Assembly: GCA_021299465.1 (NCBI GenBank)
Contig: JAJTHB010000022.1
Location: 25,256-89,255, forward strand
Direction: 5' to 3'
DNA from: Rickettsiales bacterium
Lineage (GTDB): Bacteria > Pseudomonadota > Alphaproteobacteria > Rickettsiales > SXRF01
DNA: 64,000 nucleotides
The position numbers and the translations under genes are program-made. Positions 1 to 7,906 of the stretch are shown one piece after another. Numbering within the stretch: position 1 is the stretch's first letter; each line of letters opens with the position of its first letter. Under the pieces are notes generated by a model. It had not been told where the DNA came from. It worked only from the letters and a program-made list of their open reading frames with translations, and ran no database searches.

Positions 1-393
1 AACAACCTCTTTACTGCTATCCGCTGCAAGCTGGGCGCGCATGATCGTGCCTGACCAGGTCGCCTCACCGATCTCACCTTTTTTAAGGCCAGATGCGCCG
101 ATATACGCAGTTTCGCCGATCATGTTGTTGTAACCAGCTTTGTTTTTGCTGGAGTAAAATTTGCGCATGGGTTTCCATAGCGCGACCGTCCATAATGCGG
201 TGGCGGCAAGGAAGCTGATGAATTGCAGCAGGGTGTTGTCGGCGCCAACGAGATTTAGTTTGAGCAAAAATCCGGTGGTGAACGCCCCAAGCCCTGCAAA
301 GAGCAGCCCTGCGCCCGAAACACCAAGCGCTTCAGCGAGTAAAAGCAGCACGCCGGTAATTAGCCAGATGTAGCTGATGGTGGTGGGTTCCAT
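1..393 (-). CDS. NfeD-family membrane protein (C-terminus runs off window)
   Basis: The minus frame is open from 393 to the window edge. ATG at 393-391 is preceded by a GAGGAGA SD. The product starts MEPTTISYIWLITGVLLLLAEALG, has hydrophobic helices, then an NfeD-like C-terminal segment GETAYIG...GEIGEATWSGTIMRA. Confidence 0.65.
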   Translation of the reverse strand, partial: MEPTTISYIWLITGVLLLLAEALGVSGAGLLFAGLGAFTTGFLLKLNLVGADNTLLQFISFLAATALWTVALWKPMRKFYSSKNKAGYNNMIGETAYIGASGLKKGEIGEATWSGTIMRAQLAADSSKEVV

Positions 394-467
394 AGTTTCT
401 CCTCAATCCCCTAATTTATTGCGAGATATGGTTCTAAATATGACCGGACCTCGCCATTCGGCTGGGT

Positions 468-1019
468 TTAACGTAGTGTTTTCAAATAAGCGATCAGGTT
501 GGCGCGATCCTGCGGGTTTTTGATGCCAGCAAACGACATCTTATTGCCCGGGATATATTTGCGCGGATTTTCAATGAAGGCCGAAAGCTCCTGTTCGCTC
601 CATTTTTTCTTGCCGTGCAGCGTTTTCAGCGCATCCGAATAAGCAAAATCACTCTTATGGGCAAAGTCGCTATTATAAATCGCCCACTGGTTAGGGCCGA
701 CGCCGTTCTTGCCGCTATTGTCAAACGTATGGCAGGCTGTGCATTTTTTGATCTGCGCTTCGCCAGCCGCTACATCAGCTTTCGCCATGAACGGAGCGAT
801 ATCTTCCGGTACCCATTCCTTGGCTGCTTCAGTGCCTGCACCAGCGTCTGCCGTTTCGGCGCCTTCAATCGTGTAGCCACGTTTTTTCTCTGAATGAGCA
901 GAGTGGCTTCCGCCGCCGTGATAGAGGATCTCGCTGCCGATACCCGCAAACATTGCTACGACACCAGCGAGCAGCACGGCACCTGCAATTTTATTCATTT
1001 CAAATGACTGACGATCCAT
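468..1019 (-). CDS. membrane-anchored class I cytochrome c (CycM-like)
   Basis: 183 aa with an N-terminal TM helix (AGAVLLAGVVAMFAGI), the CTACH heme-binding motif and a distal Met region (PGNKMSFAG). Confidence 0.85.
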   Translation of the reverse strand: MDRQSFEMNKIAGAVLLAGVVAMFAGIGSEILYHGGGSHSAHSEKKRGYTIEGAETADAGAGTEAAKEWVPEDIAPFMAKADVAAGEAQIKKCTACHTFDNSGKNGVGPNQWAIYNSDFAHKSDFAYSDALKTLHGKKKWSEQELSAFIENPRKYIPGNKMSFAGIKNPQDRANLIAYLKTLR

Positions 1020-1097
1020 AATCTATCCAGAAAAATAAAAAAACTCGCGCTGTTATAATATGCTGGCGAAACGCAATCAACTATTTATAAAAACAAC

Positions 1098-1814
1098 ATG
1101 AACCCAATTATTCTGATACCTGCGCGCCTTGCTTCCGCGCGCCTGCCAAACAAGCCGCTCGCGGTGATCGGTGATGCGCCTATGATTGTGCAGGTGTGGC
1201 GCAGGGCAGTGGCATCCGGTGTGGGCGAGGTGGTGGTGGCGTGTGATTCACCAGCAATCAAAGAAGCGATTGAGAAAGAAGGGGGCAGGGCGGTGCTCAC
1301 CGACCCCGACCTGCCATCCGGCTCTGACCGAATTTACGCGGCGCTCACTCAGATCGATTCTGAAAAAAAATATGATGTGGTGGTGAATGTGCAGGGCGAT
1401 ATGCCGCTGCTGGAGCCTTCGATTATTGCGAGTGCCGTTGGGCTCCTTAGTAATGCGCTGGTTGATATTGGAACACTTGCTGCCATCATTACGCAAGAAG
1501 AAGAAAAAAAAGACAGTGCCGTGGTGAAAGCCGTGGTTGACCGTATTGGCCGCGCAACCAGCTTCACGCGCTCACCAAAATCCTGCCCTGATGGCCGGTT
1601 TTTGCACCATATCGGCGTGTATGCCTACCAGCGTGATGCGCTGGAAAAATTCGTGAGCCTGCCGCCCTCCGAGAGCGAAATGCGCGAAAAACTCGAGCAG
1701 CTGCGCGCTATGGATGCGGGAATGCGTATTGATGTCGCAGTGGTGGATGTGGTACCGCTGGGTGTGGATACGCCTGAAGGCTTAGAGAAGGCAAGGGCGA
1801 TGATGTCATCCTGA
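1098..1814 (+). CDS. kdsB: 3-deoxy-manno-octulosonate cytidylyltransferase (CMP-KDO synthetase)
   Basis: 238 aa. N-terminus IILIPARLASARLPNKPL and the internal motif VVNVQGDMPL are typical of KdsB. Confidence 0.9.
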   Translation: MNPIILIPARLASARLPNKPLAVIGDAPMIVQVWRRAVASGVGEVVVACDSPAIKEAIEKEGGRAVLTDPDLPSGSDRIYAALTQIDSEKKYDVVVNVQGDMPLLEPSIIASAVGLLSNALVDIGTLAAIITQEEEKKDSAVVKAVVDRIGRATSFTRSPKSCPDGRFLHHIGVYAYQRDALEKFVSLPPSESEMREKLEQLRAMDAGMRIDVAVVDVVPLGVDTPEGLEKARAMMSS

Positions 1815-1900
1815 GCGAAGCGCGTAGGCGCGAAGGCGAAGGATCTTTCTTAATGCGGTTGCAAAGATCCCTCGATTCGCTACGCTCACTCGGGATGACA
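1804..1900. repeat. GTCATCC-type long hairpin element
   Basis: TGTCATCCTGAGCGAAGCG pairs with CGCTCACTCGGGATGACA as the outer stem. GAAGGATCTTT and AAAGATCCCTC form an inner stem. The element overlaps the last codons and stop of kdsB. Confidence 0.7.
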
Positions 1901-1915
1901 AACTAAGGAGAAACT

Positions 1916-2896
1916 ATGACTAAACCCTATGACACACTCGGCATCGGCAACGCGATCGTGGATGTGCTGAGCTATGTGAATGACGATTTCCTTGCTGCGC
2001 AGAAACTTGCTAAAGGCACGATGACGCTCGTTGATGAAGCGCGCTCAAAAGCCCTCTATAAGCTAATCGGCCCATCTACGGAATGTTCCGGCGGGTCGGT
2101 TGCTAACACGATGGCGGGCATCGCCTCCCTTGGTGGCAAGGGTGCGTTTATTGGTAAGGTTGCAGATGACCAGCTGGGCAAAATCTTTTCGCATGATTTG
2201 CAATCGGTCGGTGTTCGTTATCATAGCAAACCGTCGCAAAGCGCCGAGCCGTCGACTGCGAACTGCCTGGTGTTTGTGACGCCGGACGCCCAGCGCACCA
2301 TGGCGACTTATATCGGCGCCTGCGCACTCTTATCCGAAGAAGATATCGATGAAACGCTGATCGCAAACGCGCGCACCGTGTATATCGAGGGCTATTTGTG
2401 GAATGAAGAACATAACAAAGCGGCGATCCGAAAAGCGATGTCACTCGCAGACGCGCACGGCGCCGACGTCGCATTTACGCTGTCGGATACATTCTGCGTG
2501 AATACGCACCGCGATCAATTCCTCGCGCTGGTGCAAAATGACCTGGACCTGCTCTTTGCCAATGAAGCAGAGATCAAAGCACTCACCGGATCGATGGATA
2601 TCGATGAAGCGATCACCGCTGCGCGCGGCCTCGCGCCCATCGTTGCGATCACCATGGGCGAGAAAGGCAGTGTCATCGTGACGCCGGAGCATACGTACCG
2701 CGCTCCAACCCAGCCGGTTTCGAAGCTGGTTGATACGACCGGCGCGGGTGATTTGTTTGCTGCGGGCTTTCTCCATGCGCGGGCTGAGGGAAGGCCGCTT
2801 GCGGAATGCGCACAGATGGGCAATCGCTCGGCCGGCTACATCATCCAGCAGCTCGGCGCGCGCGCGATGAAACCGCTGAAGGAACTCGTCGCTTAG
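1916..2896 (+). CDS. PfkB-family carbohydrate/nucleoside kinase (adenosine kinase-like)
   Basis: 326 aa with a strong SD (AAGGAG) and the PfkB signature DTTGAGDLFAAGFL near the C-terminus. Confidence 0.85.
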   Translation: MTKPYDTLGIGNAIVDVLSYVNDDFLAAQKLAKGTMTLVDEARSKALYKLIGPSTECSGGSVANTMAGIASLGGKGAFIGKVADDQLGKIFSHDLQSVGVRYHSKPSQSAEPSTANCLVFVTPDAQRTMATYIGACALLSEEDIDETLIANARTVYIEGYLWNEEHNKAAIRKAMSLADAHGADVAFTLSDTFCVNTHRDQFLALVQNDLDLLFANEAEIKALTGSMDIDEAITAARGLAPIVAITMGEKGSVIVTPEHTYRAPTQPVSKLVDTTGAGDLFAAGFLHARAEGRPLAECAQMGNRSAGYIIQQLGARAMKPLKELVA

Positions 2897-3510
2897 CCGG
2901 CGATGTTTGCCAGCTGGCGCTTGGGAGCAAAACCGGCGCTGGCCGCGCGCATGGCGGCATGATAGTTCGCCTGATCCTGCTGTGATTGTGCTGTGCGGCT
3001 ATATTCGCGATTTTCTTTTTCGCGCGTCTCCAGCGTGGCAGAAATTTCCGCCATGAGTTTGGCGAATGTTGTCATGCTAAGCTGTGCTGACGTTTTGCCT
3101 TCGCTTAGTGCCTCGACCAGACCCTGCATGATCAGCAGGGCGCGTGCCGCCGCAACACCGCGTGGCTTAGGGCCCTCAGCGCGCATCACCTGCTCGGCGA
3201 AGATTGACCAGCGGCGTAGGTAATGAATGAAATCAACCGCCGGGTTGTAATCAAAACGCCGCTCAGCATCGCGCAGGCCGCTCGAGTTTTTAGGCTTATG
3301 GTCGCGTTCCAGCGATACCATCCTTAGCATTTCGGCAACATAGCCGGAGGCTGGAAAAATCTGGAAAGTGACGTGGCGCTCATCGCATCCGGGCGAATAA
3401 TGCGATATGTGCGCTTCGTCGAGCATGGTCATCAGGTTTTTGAGGGTGAGCGCATATTCGCTACGAAACTGCGCGACCAATGATTCGAGTCCCTGATTCA
3501 TGTTTTGCAC
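2893..3510 (-). CDS. hypothetical protein (orphan)
   Basis: 205-aa ORF with no recognisable motif. Its stop overlaps the stop of the convergent kinase gene (TTAG). Confidence 0.55.
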   Translation of the reverse strand: MQNMNQGLESLVAQFRSEYALTLKNLMTMLDEAHISHYSPGCDERHVTFQIFPASGYVAEMLRMVSLERDHKPKNSSGLRDAERRFDYNPAVDFIHYLRRWSIFAEQVMRAEGPKPRGVAAARALLIMQGLVEALSEGKTSAQLSMTTFAKLMAEISATLETREKENREYSRTAQSQQDQANYHAAMRAASAGFAPKRQLANIAG

Positions 3511-3591
3511 CCTGCTTAGAAGTATGTTTTAACAACGAACCAGTAGCATAAAAATCACATAAAGTAAATAATTGGTAAACAAAAACGGCGT

Positions 3592-4872
3592 ATGCATATA
3601 AATCAGCAGCTTATGGCTTTAATCCGGCTTTATGCGCGGCCACGCTTAGTGGCGGTTTTGCTGCTTGGTTTCGCATCCGGATTGCCGCTCGCGCTGACTG
3701 CTTCGACCCTGTCGGTATGGCTCACTGAATCCGGCGTCAGTAAGGCGGCCATTGGCCTGTTTGCAGCGGTGGGCACGCCTTACGCGCTCAAATTCCTGTG
3801 GGCGCCCTTGGTGGACGGCCTGAGGCTGCCATTTTTCTGCCGCGTGTTTGGCCGCAGGCGCGGCTGGCTGCTGGCGACGCAGTGTTTGCTGGCGGCGGCG
3901 CTGGTGATGCTTGGCTTGGCTGACCCCGCTATTGACCCATGGCTGACCGCACTGGCGGCGATGTGTGTGGCGAGCTTATCTGCCACGCAGGATATCGTGA
4001 TTGATGCCTACCGCGTCGAGCTACTCAAAGAAGAAGAGCAGGGGGCAGGCGCGGCTGCCGTGGTGCTGGGCTATCGCTTCGGGATGATCGCGTCCAGCGC
4101 CGGCGCGCTGTTCCTTGCCACATGGTTTGGCTGGCAGGTGACCTATGTTCTGATGGCGTCGTTGCTGGCGGTGGGCGCGCTGGCGGCGCTGATGGCGGGG
4201 GAGCCGACGCAGGTTTCAGGGTTCAGGGTTCAGGGTTCAGAAAGAAAAAAGCTCAGCCAGTGGCTGCAAGACCATGTGGTTACGCCCTTTGCGGAGTTTA
4301 TGCAGCGGCCGCAGTGGCTCGCAATTTTGCTGTTTATTGTGCTGTATAAACTCGCTGATGCGTTCATGGGGGTGATGACCAATCCATTCCTGATCGAGAT
4401 TGGTTTTTCCAAAGAACAGATCGCAACCATCGTCAAGCTCTACGGGCTGATCGCTACCATTGCCGGAAGTTTTATCGGCGGGTGGATGGTCTATAAGCTC
4501 GGCATCATGCGGAGCCTGTGGATCTGCGGCATCGGCCACGGCGTAACCAATTTTATGTTTGTCGTGCAGGCATATGCTGGCGCGGATGAGGCGGTGCTGG
4601 CGCTCTCGATAACGCTGGAAAATGTCACCGGCGGCATGGGCACGGCCGCGTTTGTTGCTTACATCAGCCGCCTGACCAATGTGGCTTTCACCGCCACGCA
4701 ATATGCGCTGCTTTCCTCGCTTGCCGCCTTTGGCAGGACATGGCTTTCCACGCCTGCAGGCTGGGTGGCGGAGCAACTCGGCTGGCCGCTGTTTTTTGCC
4801 TTCGCCGCCGCGCTTGCCATCCCGGGTCTCGTGGTGCTGTGGTGGATGAGCTATTCAAGCCGTAAATTTTAA
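3592..4872 (+). CDS. ampG: AmpG-family muropeptide MFS permease
   Basis: 426 aa, multi-TM. N-terminal LLLGFASGLPLALTASTLSVWL is typical of AmpG. Confidence 0.85.
   Translation: MHINQQLMALIRLYARPRLVAVLLLGFASGLPLALTASTLSVWLTESGVSKAAIGLFAAVGTPYALKFLWAPLVDGLRLPFFCRVFGRRRGWLLATQCLLAAALVMLGLADPAIDPWLTALAAMCVASLSATQDIVIDAYRVELLKEEEQGAGAAAVVLGYRFGMIASSAGALFLATWFGWQVTYVLMASLLAVGALAALMAGEPTQVSGFRVQGSERKKLSQWLQDHVVTPFAEFMQRPQWLAILLFIVLYKLADAFMGVMTNPFLIEIGFSKEQIATIVKLYGLIATIAGSFIGGWMVYKLGIMRSLWICGIGHGVTNFMFVVQAYAGADEAVLALSITLENVTGGMGTAAFVAYISRLTNVAFTATQYALLSSLAAFGRTWLSTPAGWVAEQLGWPLFFAFAAALAIPGLVVLWWMSYSSRKF
4210..4240. repeat. tandem heptamer array (CAGGKTT x4.4) inside ampG
   Basis: The sequence reads CAGGTTT CAGGGTT CAGGGTT CAGGGTT CAG and encodes QVSGFRVQGSE in a predicted loop of AmpG. 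Confidence 0.8.
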
Positions 4873-5261
4873 GCTCGAGCGAGCGTACTTTTTGAGAGAT
4901 TGTCTAACACATCTTGCGCTTCGGGATACTGATTTGGATCAATGCTTCGTAACATCGCTTTAGTCGCCTTGACGAAAATAACTTTTGTTGGATCACGATC
5001 ATCCAGCTCGAAGACGTCTATTTTTTCTTGCAGTGCGGCGATTGCAGGCATCACATCGCCTTTCTGTTGAGCCTCTTTGATTTCAGCTTTTACCCTTCTA
5101 AGCATTGGGGTTAATTCCTGTGCTACGTAACCCCATGCAGGTGAATTATCTTTATCAAGTAACTTTTTTTCTTTGTCACGCATCACCATAATTTCGGCGT
5201 CTGCGACCTTAAACATGACACGAATGCCCTCATCGACATGGTATGGAATATCATATGACAT
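4869..5261 (-). CDS. hypothetical protein (orphan)
   Basis: 130-aa ORF with a GGGGG SD-like run upstream of the ATG. Its stop overlaps the ampG stop (TTAA). Confidence 0.55.
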   Translation of the reverse strand: MSYDIPYHVDEGIRVMFKVADAEIMVMRDKEKKLLDKDNSPAWGYVAQELTPMLRRVKAEIKEAQQKGDVMPAIAALQEKIDVFELDDRDPTKVIFVKATKAMLRSIDPNQYPEAQDVLDNLSKSTLARA

Positions 5262-5468
5262 ACCCCCAAAGGGTACATGAGCTCCTTGTTATTTGAAAAT
5301 GAAGCTTTTGTGACAATTGCGGGTGCTTCAGTTCTGCCCAAATCCTGAAGCCACCACGCCTTGCACGTATGGAGAATTTTCAACAACAATCCAGACGTTG
5401 CTGTGCCAAGCGGTACATTAGCGAGTCGTTAATTAATCTGGCGTAGAAATAAAAAAAGGTGGTTTACA

Positions 5469-6287
5469 TTGGCTTCAAACAAAGACGGATTTACATTAAT
5501 CGAACTATCTATTGTGCTGGTGATCACTGGCCTGCTTGCCGCAGGAGTGTTAATCGGCCGCGATTTGATCCGTGCTTCGGAGCTTCGCAGGGATATCGCC
5601 GAAATCGATAAGCTCAGCGCCGCTGTTAATACGTTCCGCGTAAAATATGGTTGTCTGCCCGGCGATTGCGGTAGTGTGCAGAGCTTTTTCCCAGAGGCTT
5701 TTGCTGGGGATGGCAATAGCCGTATTGTAAATATCGATGATGTGGGCGGCGTGCTGACGGAATCATCTGGTTTGCCACACCTTGATCGTGAACCTGCTTA
5801 TTTCATGGACCATCTTGCGCGTGCGCAAATGATTGCCAGCACGCCGTTTGACGCCACGCTGCCGGAAGATGCTTTTGCTATCGGCAAGGGGATTTATCCG
5901 CTGCGCTCAACCAACGTGAGCGGAGTTGCTGCACAGTGCCTTTATGATGATCTCTCATTCAGCAAGGTTGGTTGCCATTACTACGTGCTGGGAGTTTCAA
6001 AGTCCGAAGCTGCCGATGCGCTGGATACACTCCGCTCACCTTATGATGGTAAAGAGGCACGAAGCATCGATGAAAAAATAGATGATGGCAAACCACTCAC
6101 CGGCATCGTGGTGGGGCTGACATCTGCTCCATTTGATGACCAGCTAACGATCCCTCCCATCCCTTATGGCTCATTCACTGAGGGTCGCTGTGCGCTCGAC
6201 CCGATTGGCTATTACAGCGATGACACCTACTATAACCGTGTCAGTAGCAAAAAGCTGTGCGCACTCAGAATCAAGGCGCCGTTCTAG
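5469..6287 (+). CDS. type IV pilin-like protein (prepilin N-terminal methylation motif), paralog A
   Basis: TTG start with an AAGGTGG SD. Leader is MASNKDG followed by FTLIELSIVLVITGLLAAGVL with Glu at +5. It has KYGCLPGD after alpha1 and a C-terminal Cys-x22-Cys loop. 272 aa. Confidence 0.8.
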   Translation: MASNKDGFTLIELSIVLVITGLLAAGVLIGRDLIRASELRRDIAEIDKLSAAVNTFRVKYGCLPGDCGSVQSFFPEAFAGDGNSRIVNIDDVGGVLTESSGLPHLDREPAYFMDHLARAQMIASTPFDATLPEDAFAIGKGIYPLRSTNVSGVAAQCLYDDLSFSKVGCHYYVLGVSKSEAADALDTLRSPYDGKEARSIDEKIDDGKPLTGIVVGLTSAPFDDQLTIPPIPYGSFTEGRCALDPIGYYSDDTYYNRVSSKKLCALRIKAPF

Positions 6288-6289
6288 GC

Positions 6290-7765
6290 TTAGGCTCTGC
6301 CTTCTCCCGTGGCTTTAGCGTTTGGTGCCGGACGTTTGAAAGTGTGTTGGTAATAGGCTTCGTAACCCGCGAGCATTTGTTTATCCAGTTCATCAATCAT
6401 TGCGCAAAATTTTTCTTTTTGTTCTGGCGCAAGATATTTACAGGGATCATCCATTACTGCTTTCTTGGCATCATCTATATGGGCCCGTATCTCGCGAACA
6501 GCTTCCAGCGTTTGATCTGAGCTTAGACCGCACTCCTCTCCCAGCAAGTCAATTTTTCTGGGATTAATGCGGCTTAGCACATATTTACCTTGCTTGATCC
6601 CCAATGCTAACCATGAACGCTTGTACAGTGAGGTTGGCAGCAAGTCGTAATTTGGGGTTAGTTCCCACTTCCCATTTTCTTGCCTGAACGCAAAGTTTTT
6701 TAGGTGATTATCGGTATTGCCCATCAAGAGCTGGCCAACAATGCGCATAAAAACTTTCTTTTTGCCATCTTCGCCGAGATACTTTGTCGCCAGCTTTGCA
6801 AGGTCGCGATAGGTTCCCTCGTACTTCTTATAGGAGGGCTGCCCCATCATCTGAAGTGCCTCCTCAAAATGATGCCGCCCTCCTTTGTTATTCCTGTCAA
6901 AACGAGTAATGATCAGCGCTTTGTCATCAGTTCCTGAAAGCAGTGTAATCTGAGCTTTTGCGGTTTTATCTTCCGGTAACAGCTTGGCTGTTGCGACAAG
7001 GCTCATATACTCGTTTTCAAGCATGTCAGGAAAGCGCCTCATCCTTTCAGGCGTTTTGTGCCCCATCTTGACCATGTGCGTACTCATCTCACGCCTGCCA
7101 GTAGAGCGCACATCATTGTCGGCTTTAACCCCTAACATTTTACGCTGGGCACCGCCTAAGGTGCCGCGCGCATGCATACTTTCCTCAACTTCCTGTTCTT
7201 CAGTTGCGATTACATAGTCTGGTGCAACTGCATCAACCACCGCCACGGCACCGTGGAATCCACGGCCAAAAGTCAAAAAACGCTTGTAACGTTCAACGGT
7301 AGAATCCTGTTTCTCAAAATTATCGGTGGTCAGGATATCATCCTTGAGCCCTTCCATATGATGGCAGGCGTTACGCTGCTTAAGGCCAAGCCATCCCTCG
7401 GAAACTAGATTATCAAAAAATGGCAGGAGTGCCTTACCTTCGGGATCGCTGTAACGGTAGGGCTCTGTTCTTTTGGGAAGTGTGACTGAAAGTGGCTCAG
7501 TATGTGGGTCGTTTACATAATCCGGATGGTAGCAAAAAATAAATTCTTTGCCGTCACAGTAAGTAACACCAGCGGGAAAAATCGTTTGTCCATCCGGTTC
7601 GTGCCAGAATACGATGCCAACCTTGCCGATCCCTGCAGTACCATCAGAGTTTTTTTGTGGAATCGTTAGTTGTGGATAGCTCTTAAATTCATCAAACCAC
7701 TTCGGATCAAAGATGTAATCAAGCTTATCCTCGTCCCACCAATCTTTTGTCAGCCGAATCACCAT
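6290..7765 (-). CDS. hipA: HipA-family serine/threonine kinase toxin-like protein
   Basis: 491 aa. It has the coupling-domain motif LLPFFDNLVSEGWLG, the ATP-site motif GTLGGAQRKMLGV and the catalytic loop GNTDNHLKNFAF. Confidence 0.85.
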   Translation of the reverse strand: MVIRLTKDWWDEDKLDYIFDPKWFDEFKSYPQLTIPQKNSDGTAGIGKVGIVFWHEPDGQTIFPAGVTYCDGKEFIFCYHPDYVNDPHTEPLSVTLPKRTEPYRYSDPEGKALLPFFDNLVSEGWLGLKQRNACHHMEGLKDDILTTDNFEKQDSTVERYKRFLTFGRGFHGAVAVVDAVAPDYVIATEEQEVEESMHARGTLGGAQRKMLGVKADNDVRSTGRREMSTHMVKMGHKTPERMRRFPDMLENEYMSLVATAKLLPEDKTAKAQITLLSGTDDKALIITRFDRNNKGGRHHFEEALQMMGQPSYKKYEGTYRDLAKLATKYLGEDGKKKVFMRIVGQLLMGNTDNHLKNFAFRQENGKWELTPNYDLLPTSLYKRSWLALGIKQGKYVLSRINPRKIDLLGEECGLSSDQTLEAVREIRAHIDDAKKAVMDDPCKYLAPEQKEKFCAMIDELDKQMLAGYEAYYQHTFKRPAPNAKATGEGRA

Positions 7766-7840
7766 GCCTCCAGCATAACATGGCCGCGTGCCTTGTTTGT
7801 TAACGTTTTATGACAAATGATTTTGTGATTAAGCAATTGA

Positions 7841-7872
7841 TTAAAAAACAAAACCCGGCCTAAGCCGGGTTT
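7841..7872 (-). terminator. rho-independent terminator of the 7907..8926 gene
   Basis: On the minus strand, AAAACCCGGC-TTAG-GCCGGGTTTT is followed by GTTTTTT. Confidence 0.8.
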
Positions 7873-7906
7873 TGCACTAGCGATATGGCTGTCTGTATTT
7901 TACGGG

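Noticed and set aside
161-373. A 70-aa plus-strand ORF at the window start.
   Set aside because: The opposite strand encodes an NfeD-like protein with an SD and TM helices. The plus ORF is a shadow.
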